Below, piece after piece: positions 26,254 through 39,803 of a stretch of 64,000 nt of DNA. Origin of the DNA: Octopus vulgaris (taxonomy: Eukaryota); the NCBI GenBank assembly GCA_951406725.2, contig OX597818.1, positions 138,694,001 to 138,758,000 on the forward strand, written 5' to 3'. The position numbers were made by a program, and so were the translations under genes. Numbering within the stretch: the stretch's first letter is position 1; every line of letters begins with the position of its first letter. Below the pieces are notes generated by a model. That model ran no database searches. It had not been told where the DNA came from and worked only from the letters and a program-made list of their open reading frames with translations.

Positions 26254-26542
26254 GTAATGAAGAAGATGACGATGATGATGATGTTATTGTCGACGGTCAG
26301 TGAGTATTACCACCACCAACCACCAACACCACGACCCACCCTTTTAGCTGGCAGTTGTTAAGTCTTGTTTCTATTGAAACCTACACACATACACACATAC
26401 ACATACACACATACATACACACATACACACCCCTATCTTCTACTTCTTCTTCCCTTACTACTTTCTTCATCTGTTGCTGCTGTTGTTGGTGCTGCTGCTG
26501 CTGCTTGCTGCTGTCAGTTAAAACTGGACAGCCTCATTAAAG
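24280..26542 (+). other. Candidate microsatellite-rich first exon/5' UTR of a + strand gene (start uncertain)
   Basis: Ends at AAG|GTATGT (26543); follows the CpG-rich zone; no TE insertions. Confidence 0.35.
25125..25365. repeat. (TATC)n tetranucleotide array
   Basis: Directly visible. Confidence 0.95.
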
Positions 26543-27285
26543 GTATGTCTGTCTTTTCATTCCGATTAAACATACACAAACGTGCACACACACACACACA
26601 CATGCACACACACACATACACACACACACATATGCACAGACATTTACTCTCTCTCTATCTTATCCCCCCACACCCAGAACTTTTCCATTTTTCAAATTCT
26701 ATATTAACTTTATTTTTGGCTTGACAATAAATGTAATAAAAATATTAACTATCAAAAAAAAAAAAAAAAAGATACAAAAGAACTTAACTATATATTAGTG
26801 TGTTTCTATTAATTAATACTGTTAATAATTATTCATGTTGATTGCTTTACAAAGAACAAGAACATAAGTTAAATTAAGGCCTTTAAAACCAGTCTTAATA
26901 TCAAGCAGGGCCTTTTCTTTCACCAGGCATTTCTGTTGTGACTGTTTTCTCCTTATTTATAACACCCAAAGCATTAGCTTTACTTTTTTTTCTTTTATCT
27001 TTAAGATGGGTTGGATGTAATTTAAAGGAAATCTGACTCCTATTTCTAGCAAATCTCTGACCTTGTACTCTCTATCCCCCCCCGTCCCCCTACCAGCTGA
27101 GGCCGAATTCCATAACGCCTGTGCATTGACGCACACACACACACACACACACACATGTATATTTAAAATACAGATACAAGAAACAGCATACATACAAACC
27201 TAGAGAGAGCATAAGATAGACAATATAGGTTTTCGTTATTTTTATATTTTACACTGCCATAGAAACAGACAACTCATATACTGTT

Positions 27286-27320
<35 letters not shown>

Positions 27321-27342
27321 TTCTACTTGTTTCACTCCGCAG

Positions 27343-27376
27343 GTATGTCACTATTTCTGTATGTGCTGATACAAAG
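27343..27376 (+). other. Candidate 34-nt exon / recursive-splice exon (ATG-MSLFLYVLIQ)
   Basis: (CT)n..TTGTTTCACTCCGCAG| acceptor; AAG|GTATGT donor at 27377. Confidence 0.45.
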
Positions 27377-28826
27377 GTATGTTGTGCCTGGGATTCCATG
27401 TACATGCTCCCTCCCGCAAACACACACACATACATACTTTCTAAACTCCTACAACTGTATGAGAATTGAACAAATATTCTTGCGGTTCCATTCGAGCAAA
27501 AATTGTCTGATGAACGGCCACGAGAAACTCAGAGTAACAGATTTTGTTGAATTTTCTGCTGCTTAAAATAAAGTATATATATATAGATATAGATATATAT
27601 AGATATACATACCATAATTAAAACTGTTGCATATTAATAAACTAACTGAATTTTTTATATTCTTTTAATTACTATCACAACAGTTTAGTCCATATGTATG
27701 AGTTGTGTATGTGCACATAACACTTATACATGAGAACACACTTATTGAATATGTGTGTGTATTTTTTACACATAGACTTGTCAAGGAAAGGTTAGCCCTG
27801 TGTGTGTATTTTATTTGTCTATATTGCTTCCATGTGATGTGTTTGGTCATAAACTTCCTTTCTTTACTCTGAAACGCTCTCCTCAGTCACCTCAGTAAAT
27901 AAAGCCAGTCTCTTTCGCAAGATGAACAGAAGGAAGAAATTTGCTTTGGAGAAGAGATAAAAATTGATAAAAAAAAGAAAGTTCTAAGAAATATAATTTG
28001 CTCTATGTTAGACACCCCCCACCAAAGTGAGTAAAAGTACTTTTGTATAAATGCAAGTGTGTGTGTGTGTGTGATGATGTCCAACCCATTCCAGTATGGA
28101 AAATGGATGTTAAATGATGATGATGATGATAATGATTATATACACTCACACATATATGTATACACCCATGCACCACTGTGCACCTAAAATTTATCCTCAT
28201 CACCAGCACCTGCCAGTCTTACATTATTATCTCTTTCTCTCCTTTTTCACATTCTCTTTCTGTGAGTGAGTGAGTGAGTGAGTGTGTGTGTATGCATTAG
28301 TATATGTATGTGCACACATATATATGTATATATATATATATGTTTGTGTATTTGCATACACATATATATATGTGTTTGTATGTGTGTGTGGTGGGGTGGC
28401 TACCAACGTTCTGTTATAGTTATTCAATTCTTTTGAAAGAACAGACCAACATATATACATTATACATACATGCACATGCAATACAATGTGTACATAGAGG
28501 GATGGGCCAGCATGCAGTGTCCCAGTGTCCATCTACCAAATTTCAGCATCCGTTGATTTTCTAGGAAACACTTGCCTGATATGACATGCAAGTGGCATTG
28601 AACCCAAAAGAAGACGTGAAGCAAACTTGGATACCCATGCACATGTGGGCATTCATGCTTCCTTTCTGCATGGCTTTGCAGTAGTCAACATTGACACTGT
28701 ATGTCTGTGTGTGTGTATCTACGTACATGTAGATGTATGCACACACACACACACACACAGATGTATTTATATTTTGATGTGTGTACACATGTATATATAT
28801 GTAGATGCACACATATGTATACATAA

Positions 28827-28865
<39 letters not shown>

Positions 28866-28868
<3 letters not shown>

Positions 28869-29085
28869 TCATCATCGTTTAACGTCTGTTTTCCATGCTA
28901 AACGGACGTTAAACGATGATGATGATGATGATGATATCATCATCATCATCATCATCGTTTAACGTCCGTTCTCCATGCTAGCATGGGTTGGGCGGTTCGA
29001 CCGGGGTTCTGGGAAGCCAGAAGGCTGCACCAGGCTCCAGTCTAATCTGGCAATGTTTCTACAGCTGGATGCCCTTCCTAACGCC

Positions 29086-29088
<3 letters not shown>
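28866..29088 (-). mobile_element. Family D fragments with fold-back tail
   Basis: D tail present three times in alternating orientation. Confidence 0.85.
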
Positions 29089-29123
<35 letters not shown>

Positions 29124-29259
29124 TTATGTATACATATATATACATATATATACTTATGTATATATGTATATGTGTGTTTGTGTGTGTGTATGTATATGTG
29201 TATATGCATCTAGCTATCTCTATAATTTCCTTTCACTGTCACCACCCATAAGAGTTACA

Positions 29260-30110
29260 GCTGGGATGTGTGTCAGACAAGGAGATTTCATCTCTCTATA
29301 GTTCTTTGTCAAATCTTGAAATGGTCATCAGAAACATTGCTTGGAAAGGTGGTATTACCATGAGCAACAAGCTACTAACATACTTCTGATTCACAGTTGT
29401 TACCATGCTTATCGTAGAAACTTCAGACCAGCTGCAGTCCATTCTGACAATGCCGGTTACCCAAACTTCAGCAGTTGGCCTCAAAATAAACTACACAGAA
29501 ATAAAAATACATGCAATCCCAAAACGTAATATATGAACAAATAATGGTGGGAAACAATAAAATTGTGGTAAAGGAGTACTTCTAGGTACACTCAATAAAT
29601 ATATTTGGAGATATGAATACTGAAATCTCATGCAGACAAGAGAAGGGTGGAGGGCATTTGCTTTGATTAAAAGATGTGTCCAAATTGCAAATTTCCAACA
29701 CTCTGCATGCTAATGTCTTCATTAACACCGTCCTGTCTGCACTCTTTGTACTCAACTTAGACATAGGCTATTACAAAAAAGGGAAAACAGTAGCTAGCTA
29801 CAACATACAGGGTTATGGAAAGTTCCATGTTGGAAATATTGTGGGTACAAGAAGAGAGTGGAGTTAATGATGTGACTGCAAAATACCAAATGTGCAATTT
29901 ACACAGGATTGGACATGCTGCAAAGTTCACAGACAATAGATAGACCAGTGTAGTCGCTGAGTTGTATCCAAGTGCATAGAAGAAAGCACTTAGAAGACCT
30001 TTAAGATGAGGAAAAGATGACATATGCAAAAAATATGGGCCCAAATGGAAGAAGGAAACCATTGTTATGACCTGACCTGTGATATATATAGGGACATCTG
30101 ATAGTCTGGT
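29260..30110 (+). pseudogene. RTE-clade LINE reverse transcriptase relic
   Basis: Frameshifted motifs VRQGD.IS, LEMVIRN.AWKGGI, ANVFINTVLSAL, IGHAAKFTDNR*T..AELYP (RTE pattern WAGHVAR..DNRWT..EWYP). Confidence 0.85.
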
Positions 30111-30228
30111 TGATCAGAATGATGTGTATATATGTATATATATATATATATATAGTCAATAAATATTTAAATAAAGAAGAAAATTTGACAACTAATGTAT
30201 GAGCTTAATGCTTGAGAAGTTGAAATAA

Positions 30229-30270
30229 TCATCTTAATGTTTCGGACATTAGTCCTTCATCAGGAAGGAA
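30229..30270 (-). ncRNA. Minimal hammerhead ribozyme core, probably a Penelope terminal relic
   Basis: On -: CTGATGA-A-GGAC(TAAT)GTCC-GAAA-CATTA; helices I and III eroded. Confidence 0.55.
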
Positions 30271-31273
30271 AATAATCACATCACAGAAGGAGAGGGAGGT
30301 ATAGAGAAATAGAGAGTGTGTAAAATGCACACCACTTATACACCCATGCGTGCATATTCCAAAATTAGAAAATAAATAAATAAATAAAGTAAAATAGAAT
30401 TTGAAAGGAGGTAAGGGATGCAAGCAGAAGGAGAAGGGTTAGAAATTAGTGGTATGTTGCTCAATGGTAAATATTCTGAAGAAAGGAAAGTGGGAAGTAT
30501 ACACACATGTGTCAGTGTTTCTGTCTAGGAGCATGTATATATGTGTGTGTTTATATCTATATACACACACTCATATATACATAACTTTGTATGTGTGTAT
30601 ACACACATACGCACACGTCACACACAATGAAGTTATTGCTGCTTTCGTCTACCAAATTTCCTCAGTTGGCATTAGTTGAGCCGAGTCTTATACTAGAAGA
30701 CTTCTATTGTACTGTAGATTGGCACCAAATCCAAAACAACTTGATTGTGAAGCAAACTTTTTAATCATACAGCCTTACCTCTAACACACACATGACAAAT
30801 GTATGTATGTGTGTGCGTGTGTATGTATATATATATATATGTACACAGATATATGTGTGTGCATTGTGTGTATAATTAGGTATCTATATGTGTTTGTATG
30901 TAATAACTATATTTACGACATAAATAAATTTAAATACAAAAATCTGACTGGCTTAAATAAGAATACAAGCACATTCTTTCCCTATAATTGACGTATGGGG
31001 GAAAATAGGTGGGAGTCTCCTTACAGACTGTTTCAGTTTGACTGCTCCTCAGAGTAGCTCCTGGCTTAGCACGGATCAGCTGCTTATAAAATGGTCAGTT
31101 ATAAATTAGACTAGCACCATTGTTAATAGGCTAATTTGCGTATTTGTGCTTTAATTAATTATACAGTATCTATGCATCTAGCTCTGTGTGTGTGTGTGTG
31201 TGTGTATAATGTATACATATGTATACTCGTGTGTGCACATACATCCGTTTACAATTATAGACATGCATACATT

Positions 31274-31309
<36 letters not shown>

Positions 31310-31740
31310 CACACACTGATGTCCATAAATATTTACATATATACACACATGCTTGTATGTGAAGTTATGATTATGTTTTGCTAGTATACAAATCTGTAGT
31401 TTTTTTTCTTTTGTTAGAAGTATAGCATCTCCATTGGCAGCAGCCAGTTGGTGTGTAGAACAATACCTCTTCCTATTAGTTGCCTGTAAGCATCAGTAAC
31501 ATGAACAAATCCACAATTCTAGAGGCTATATGATGAGAGCAGTCGTCATCATAAGTGTTCGTATTTAAAAGTTGCTTAGTTCCAAGATAGTCTTTTCCGG
31601 TTTTTTTTTATTTCATTTTCACGGAGTTATTTTCTTTGGCGTTTACACATAGAACATTGAGATTTCCCCCCTCTTCAATGTTATGTTGTTTGGGATAAAA
31701 GGAATCCTCTCTTTTTCTTTTATATACCTGTCAGTTTTCT

Positions 31741-31778
<38 letters not shown>

Positions 31779-31861
31779 ACACACATGCACACACATATGT
31801 AGAGGTATGTGTGTGTGTATGTTTAAGTATGTATGCATGTATATTTATATATTTGTGTATA

Positions 31862-31982
31862 TATCACCGTGATCACCGTGACCGACCAGGCTATCAGATG
31901 TTGTTACACATCGCTGGTCACAATGCGCTTCACATTGTTTTAGCCTTCAAATGACGCCACCCCGCTGGCTAAGCGAGCAGGC
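31862..31982 (-). mobile_element. SINE subfamily B2, 3' fragment
   Basis: Reverse complement of the tail at 47790-47910. Confidence 0.9.
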
Positions 31983-32949
31983 CATATTTGTGTATATATA
32001 TATATACACACACACACATATATATATATATAACTTTAACAATTAAGGATAACTTCTTAATAAGGAATCTTAACAAGAAATTATCAGGTAGTTAGCGTGA
32101 AAAACCTCATAAGAGAAAAATTCGAAAATAATTTTTTTCTTTTGAACATATTAATTTATATTATATTAATTTATATTATATTAATTTATATTAATTTATA
32201 TTATATATATATATCTAGTGTGTGTACATAATATATATACAGAGTGACTAGCAATTTATTTATGATCCATATGTATATACAGATTACATGTGTAGTTGTA
32301 ATAGGGGCACACTCATGCATGCACACAAGTGTGTGTGTGTGTGTGTGTGTGTGTAATTGTGCAAGTGCTCCCAAGTTCATTTCTGAACCTGATATGAGAC
32401 GGAACAAACATGATGGAAGAAACTTTGGTTAGTTTGGAGTTGCTCTTCATAAACAATGACTGTTAATGTGATGTTTTAAAGGTTTGCTGCCGAGGTTTCA
32501 TCGCAAGAGATGTTTAATAATGTGTACAGGCGCACACAATCATATGCACAGCTACATAACTTTGTGCTCTTGTTCCTCACATTCTCATTCTCTCACTCTC
32601 TCTCTCTATCTCTCTCCCTTATGGTTATCACCCCATCTGTTTTATGTGTCTATCTATCTTTCCTTGAATAGTATTAGATTTATCTTTCTTTCCGGTTTTA
32701 CAGTTTAATGAGAAGAATTAAACTTCAAAGGAATTTTTGTTTTTAAAGATTTATAAAAGCCTGCTGCTACGCTCATAATGTACACAACACACATTCATAC
32801 ATACAGTCCCACACACAGACACAGTCTGCTAGATCCTAAAAAATTAAGGTCCACTGTTGAATTCTGTTGGGTTAAAGTATGCATTGTTGTGTGCATGTTA
32901 GATTAAATACCAATTATTATTAATTAAAATAATAATAATAATAATAATA

Positions 32950-33165
32950 ATCCTTTGTACTATAGGCGCAAGGCTTGAAATTTTAAGGGAGGGTGCCAGT
33001 CAAATTATACCAACTTCCGTGCTTAACTGTTACTTATTTCATTGACCCTGAAAGGATGAGAGGCAAAGTTGACCTCAGCAGAATTTGAACTCAGGGAAAT
33101 AAAGACAGATGAAATGCTAATCATTTTGTCTGGCATGCTAATGATTCTGCCAGCTCCCTTCCCTT
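32950..33165 (-). mobile_element. SINE family C, degenerate
   Basis: GGCAAAGTTGACCTCAGCAGAATTTGAACTCAG. Confidence 0.8.
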
Positions 33166-33609
33166 AATGATGATGATGATGATAGTAATAAAGCAATTTA
33201 TATATTTAGAGAGTTAAGTAAATTGTAAACCATCAAGATGCTGGCGTGTTCATACAAGTTTCTTTTTTCAGTACGCCACCCATCCCACTGACAGTTGGCA
33301 TAGTCTTCTTCTAAGTCTGGTTAACTTTTTATTTTGCTCTGCTCATCTGTAGTCAATGCTACAATGTCAGTTCGTGTATTAAGTTCACCAAGGGATCATT
33401 TTCAGAGGAGTGTGTGTGTTTGTATGTCGGTGCTTTCTAACCTTTGTGTTGGAAAATAGATTACAACTGTGTCATGAGAGGTGAGAATATTTTTATCTCT
33501 GTTTTTTTTTTTTAGTTTTTCAAATTGAAAATGGACCAGCAATTAACTATTTTGGCTGCACGTATGTGGGTGTGCATGCAAGCGTGCATGTGTGGTGTGT
33601 GTGTATGCA

Positions 33610-33862
33610 CGTGTGTGTCTTTGTGTCTGTGTTTGTATGCCATCACTGCTTGACAACCGATGTTGGTGTGTGTTTACATTCCTGTAACTTAGTGGTTTGG
33701 CAAAAAGAGACCAATAAAATAAGTACCTGGTTTACAAAAAGAAAAAAAAAAGAAGTAGGAAAAAATAAGTACTGGGTTTGAGTTGTGTGATGAAAAATTC
33801 TTCAAAGATGTGACCCCACAGCACCGCTTTCTAATGACTGAAACATGTAAAAGATACAAGAT
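33610..33862 (+). mobile_element. SINE family A, degenerate 3' half
   Basis: TTGACAACCGATGTTGGTGTG ... TGACTGAAAC. Confidence 0.75.
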
Positions 33863-34427
33863 ACTTTTACATGAAAACCTAAATACATTTAATTTCAGGA
33901 TTATATAGCGAAAAGTTTAAATAGAAAAATATATCTTATATTGTTTTCTCAGTTTTAGTTGGCACAAGCATCACCAACCATAAAAGGCTAGAAAGAACTG
34001 TTGTATATGATATATATATCTATGTGCGTATTAAGAGAGATATGTGTATGTGTGCAAGCCTGCATAAACTCAAACACTCTCGCAGTGCATACTTAGAAAG
34101 AATTGCTACATAAATAATCAGTTCTTAACTATATGACTGTTTAACTTTTAATAATGTTAGCTGCAAAGAAATATACACGCCTTCATCTTTGCCATGTTTC
34201 ATATCAAAGAGAAAGATAATGAATAGACAGATAGAAAGCCATTATATAGGATCTGTGAAACATTTTAAATAACTCCATAGATGCTTTATGTATGTATATA
34301 TATATGCACGGCTGGCTGTCGTTAAGTTGTCATTCTACTACAGGCTAAATACCCCTTTAAAATTGCTGAGCTGGGTATCTTCATATCTTCATTTCCATTA
34401 CTCATCATACCTTGTTAGGAACTGATA

Positions 34428-34429
<2 letters not shown>

Positions 34430-34524
<95 letters not shown>

Positions 34525-34856
34525 ACTTAAAGATCTGAAAGTAACCATAAACCTTGTATGTCTTAAATCTTTCTCCTATCTTAAAGAAACACTTCTAGAA
34601 AGTTCTATACTGGTATTGAAATTCTCACAACTGACTAAGCTATACTTGGTCTCTCTTTCTCCCTCCCTCTCTCTCTCTCTCTCACTCCCTCTCCCTCTCT
34701 TTTGTTTTCTCTCTTTCTCTATTCATTTATTCTTGGTTTCTCTCTTTCTCTCTCTCTCACACATTCACTTTATGATTCTCTTTCTACTACTTATCTTTAT
34801 CTTTTCTTTCTCCCTCATTTATACATAGCTTTCTCTCTTTTACCTGTTTATGTGCT

Positions 34857-34936
<80 letters not shown>

Positions 34937-34996
34937 GCTTGTCTTTCTCTATTTTTTCCAAAAATTACTTATTGGTCATTCTTTTCCTGTTTTCAT

Positions 34997-35090
<94 letters not shown>
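34430..35090. repeat. Three long (CT)n tracts in a pyrimidine-rich block
   Basis: Directly visible; source of the SLSLS ORFs. Confidence 0.95.
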
Positions 35091-35094
<4 letters not shown>

Positions 35095-35203
35095 CCTTTT
35101 AAGTAAAATGTTTTATTTCTTAAAAGATTTTCCTCTACTTTTCTATTGAGTTTTCTGTTTCAATCCTCCTGTAGGGCATCTTTCTGTGTTTATATATATA
35201 TAT

Positions 35204-35573
35204 ATAGGCGCAGGAGTGGCTGTGTGGTAAGTAGCTTGCTAACCAACCACATGGTTCCGGGTTCAGTCCCACTGCGTGGCATCTTGGGAAAGTGCCTTCT
35301 GCTATAGCCACGGGCCGACCAATGCCTTGTGAGTGGATTTGGTAGACGGAAACTGAAAGAAGCCTGTTGTATATATGTATATATATATGTATATATATAT
35401 ATATATATATGTAGGTGTGTGTTTGTCTCCCTAGCATTGCTTGACAACCGATACTGGTGTGTTTACTTCCCCGTCACAAAGAATAAATCCCAGGGTCGAT
35501 TTGCTCGACTAAAGGCAGTGCTCCAGCATAGCTGCAGTCAAATGACTGAAACAAGTAAAAGAGTAAAAGAGTA
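35204..35573 (+). mobile_element. SINE family A with internal deletion
   Basis: Head to (GAGTAAAA)n tail; ~50 bp missing after CCCCGT. Confidence 0.92.
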
Positions 35574-35838
35574 TATATGAGCACACTGTGTACCATTCTC
35601 AATAACTCAACCACCCATTGCCACTTCCTCTTCCTCCTCCTCCTGCTATCTCTATGTATATAGGCATGCAGTAGAGAGTACAATTCAGAATTTAGTTTGA
35701 TAACTTGTTAGATTTCATCCTATCTCTTATGTCAAAAGGTTTCTTATTTTCTTGTTATACTAAATTTGCAAGATTTCAACCATCTTATACATTCACACAC
35801 ACACACACACATTCTCTCTGCTTTCTTTTATTATACCA

Positions 35839-35882
<44 letters not shown>

Positions 35883-37969
35883 TGATAATAATAGAAATAA
35901 TGCTATAGTAATGATATAGTGATAATATTGACATATACGTGCATGGTAAGGATTTTTTTTAAAAGGATATAATTCTTGACAACCGATCATAAAATTGGAA
36001 GTGGAAAAGGGAAATTAAATTTGTGTTTTTTTTTTTGCGAGTGCGATTTTTACTGTTTTGATAGAAGTTGTTCTGACTTTCAATCCAGACAGGTGCCAAT
36101 CGAATCTAGTCAGGTGCTGGCTCCTATCTCTTATCTCTCACCCATTTGTCTTCAGTCAAACTCTCTTCGTAATTACAGCAGCATCATTCATACATCTTGC
36201 GAGAATGTTTGTTGAATAAACTGAATATTATTTCTACAAGTCTATTCATACAATAAGTTGCATCACTTATCATACACTAATGCTTAACGCTACGCATTAG
36301 CTACTGCATGTATCATAAGGTAGTTGGTTGGCATCACATTCTAACTGCACATGAAGTTTATGTACAATCATCTCTTTCAAAACTATTTTCTTCTCTCTAT
36401 TTTTCTCTCTTCTCGTTCTCCTTCCTCTCCTCTAAATATCTTGCTCTCCTCATTTCTCTCTCATTTTTATTGTTTTTGTTTCTATTCTTATTATTCTGAA
36501 TTGACATTTTATTTTTAATTATTGTTTCCTTTCTATTTCGGTTGATCCGATTCATTTCCATGTTCCAGCCACCTGTTGTTTGTTTGTCATTTGATGGGTT
36601 GCTGCGATCCATGGTCGGGCAGTCTCTCTCTACTACTAGTTATTTATAATTCATTAGTTTAGTTATCTTCTGTTATCGGGTTGTCCTAGCTATGTCGTAA
36701 CTAAATTCAACTTGGTCAGGTCTCACGTTGACTTGTTTTAGGGGTTGTTGAGGTCAGATACAGTGTTGTCAGTCACCCGTACAATTTATAACTAGTTTGG
36801 AATGTCATATAATCAGATTTCAAATCTTATCAAATTTGCCTTTTGTAAATAGGTAAAAAGTATCAGTAAATTATTCTGGTAGTCATAATATCATCAATAC
36901 TCATTTGCCCTTACAAAAATGTGTAAAGTCTTCTGTATAAAGTTAAAAAACAAAATGTTTATTAAAGAATTTATTGTTAGTAAAATGTAATTAGTAAATA
37001 GTTTTCTACATATAAGATGCATTGGGAATAAAAGGAATTAAATTTCTCACGAAATAATGACAATAAAAAAAAAATGGAAAAAAAATAGTAAAAAATTATT
37101 GTTTAAGCAGTGCTCCAGCATGGCCTTAACTGTGCTGGTTAAAGCAAACTAATGAACTTCTGAATGAAAAAAAAAGAGAGAAAAAAGAAAGACGGAAATA
37201 AAAGAGTTTTTCATTTTGTCCACCACCAACTTCTTCCACTACTTATAAACCAACCAACCAACCAACCAAACAACCAACCAACTTCACCAATCAATCAATC
37301 AATCATTTATTACTTTACTGGTCAGCAGCCAAGTCAGACATGAATGACATCATGCTAACCAATATTAACTTACCCCCCACCCCCCACATACTGTAATCCT
37401 CATTTTGTGTACTGACTATTTTTTTTTTTGTGTCTTAGTATTTTTTGTCAACTCTTAGAGAGAGTGGTAGCCTTAACAAACTTACTCTGCTTATTGAGGA
37501 AAAAGAAATAGAAAAAAAAAGAAGAAAAAATATACAGCAACAGTGCACGCACGCACCCCTTTAACTCATTCACCCCTTCCTCTTCCGAGGAGGTCTGAAT
37601 GACCTGTGTATGGTAACATCAAAAGAACCCCTTACAAACACATAACCCCTTCTGCAATCATACATCACTGTATTAATGATTTCCTTCTTTATATGAACTT
37701 CCAACATTCTTCACTGAGACCCTTCCCCTCTTGCCACTGCTACATGTACACCCATTCCACTTTACGTTTCCTTTTTTCGTAAGAATCTTCCACAAGATTC
37801 TCATTATTTATCATCATCATCATCATCATCATACTATTTTCATTTACTTATTTTATTAATTTTTTTTTTTTCCTCCACCTTATTACCTATTATCGTGTAT
37901 CCTTTTTGTTGTTATTTGTTATTGATTAATTTTTCTGCCTGCTGCTAGCTTTCACAAAGTTTTGTTCAG

Positions 37970-38309
37970 GTGTGGACAAATTACTACAAGCACACTTGTT
38001 GCATGTGGCTGAAAATCAACATGACGGTAGTGCATATAGATCATCAGTTAGCAGGGAACGATCTCGTTTCCTTACATGCCTCCATCCATAGATGATATTC
38101 AATTATCTGTTTATATATAATTAAAGAAAAAAAGTTGAAGTGAGAAAAAAAAAAATATACGGGCAAAAAAAAAAAAAGAATTAAAAAAAATCTGGAAGGA
38201 AGTCACCGTGTTCTTGTGTTCCCTTGGAGTTTGCAACTATGTTATGTTACTTAAGGTGGAAATAACAGGTGGAAACTGTACATAATTTGTTACCGGCATG
38301 TACCACCAG
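37970..38309 (+). other. Candidate exon ending ATG TAC CAC CAG (MYHQ)
   Basis: Donor CAG|GTAAGA at 38310; possible acceptor TTTTGTTCAG| at 37969. Confidence 0.35.
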
Positions 38310-38844
38310 GTAAGAAGAAATTGTTACACTTTGGCAACTTACCTGCTCCCCCTGTCCATTTACTTTCAAGTTTATTATTTACTATATTTTTCATAAAAGT
38401 ACTCTTAAAATAAACAAAAGAAATTGTTAAGAAATTGTTGATGTTGTGATAGAGCAGTGATTTGGCAGAATTTTTGGACAAAATACCTTGTAGTATTACT
38501 TCTGGCTCTCTCTCTGTTCTCAGTTCAAATCCCTCCGAGGCTAGGTTTACTCTTTATCTCTTTAGGGTTTAACAAAATAAAGCACCTGTCAAATAACCAA
38601 GGCCCGTAGTGTTGTTTAATTTCTCATCGCTCAAAAAATTTCCTGTTTTGTACCTAAATAGAAACAACTGATATCATTTGTAATGATTATGAATGCTTCA
38701 ATGTTGAAAGTTTGTTGAATTTATAGCTGTCATCCCTCAAGGGATAACAGCATTATTATTGTTATTGAATGTCCTTACGAAAGGTGTGAATGCCACCAGA
38801 TCTCATGAATTTTCATGGCAATGTAAAAAAGTTATTATTGGGTC

Positions 38845-39415
38845 CACTTTGCCCTTCGTCCTTTTAGGGTCAATGAAATAAGTACCAATTGAGCACTGGA
38901 GTTGATTAAATCAACTTACCTCCTTCCCTGAAACTGCTGGCCTTGTGCCAGAATTTGAAACCATTACCGTTATTAAGACAGTGAGCTGGCAGAATCATTA
39001 GCATACTGGACGAAATGTTTAGTGGCATTTTGCTTGTCTTTACATTCTGAGTTCAAATTCTGTTGAGGTCAACTTTGCCTTTCCATCCTTCAGGGTTGAT
39101 GAAAAAAGTACCATTTACATATTGGAGTCAATATAATCGACTAGCCTTTCCTTCAAAATCTCAGGCCCTGTGCTTTAGTAGAATGGATTATTATCAATAT
39201 TAACGTAGCGAACTGGCAGAATTGATAGCGTGCTCAATGAAATGCTTAGTGGTATTTCACCCCTCGCTACATTCTGAGTTCAAATTCTGCCGAGGTAAAC
39301 ATCACTTTTCATCTTTTTAGGGTTGATAAAATAAGTACCAGTTGTACACTGGGGTCAATGTAATCGACTTAATCCCTTCTCCCAATTGCTACCCTTGTGG
39401 CAAAATTTGAAACCG
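38845..39415 (+). mobile_element. Tandem run of about three degenerate family C SINEs
   Basis: Repeated CTGGCAGAAT..TTCTGAGTTCAAATTC..TAAGTACCA. Confidence 0.8.
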
Positions 39416-39803
39416 TTATTATTATTATTATAAGACCAATGGACAGTGGAAATGTTTGAGCATTGTTTGTTACCTAAAATCCATTCAAATTCCTCTTGGG
39501 GTCCACCTGTAGTTTTCTTGTCTTGTGATTGGTAAACTAAGTACCAGTTACAGACCAGCTGATTCATGTGTTTGATTACTGATGTAATCAAACGCACATC
39601 ATTAGCTTTGCGTCTGTCTAGTCGTTAGGTAAGATGACAGACATTAAAGGATGCTAAGTTATAAGTTAGTAAAACTAAAGTTGTTAATATATTTTGCTAT
39701 TTAATGTATACTTTTGATTGAAATACATCTAGAAAATAAATTAGCCTTGTGACCCTGGCATATAACTATATGTGCTAAAAGTTTTCACTAGTTAGATCTT
39801 TGT

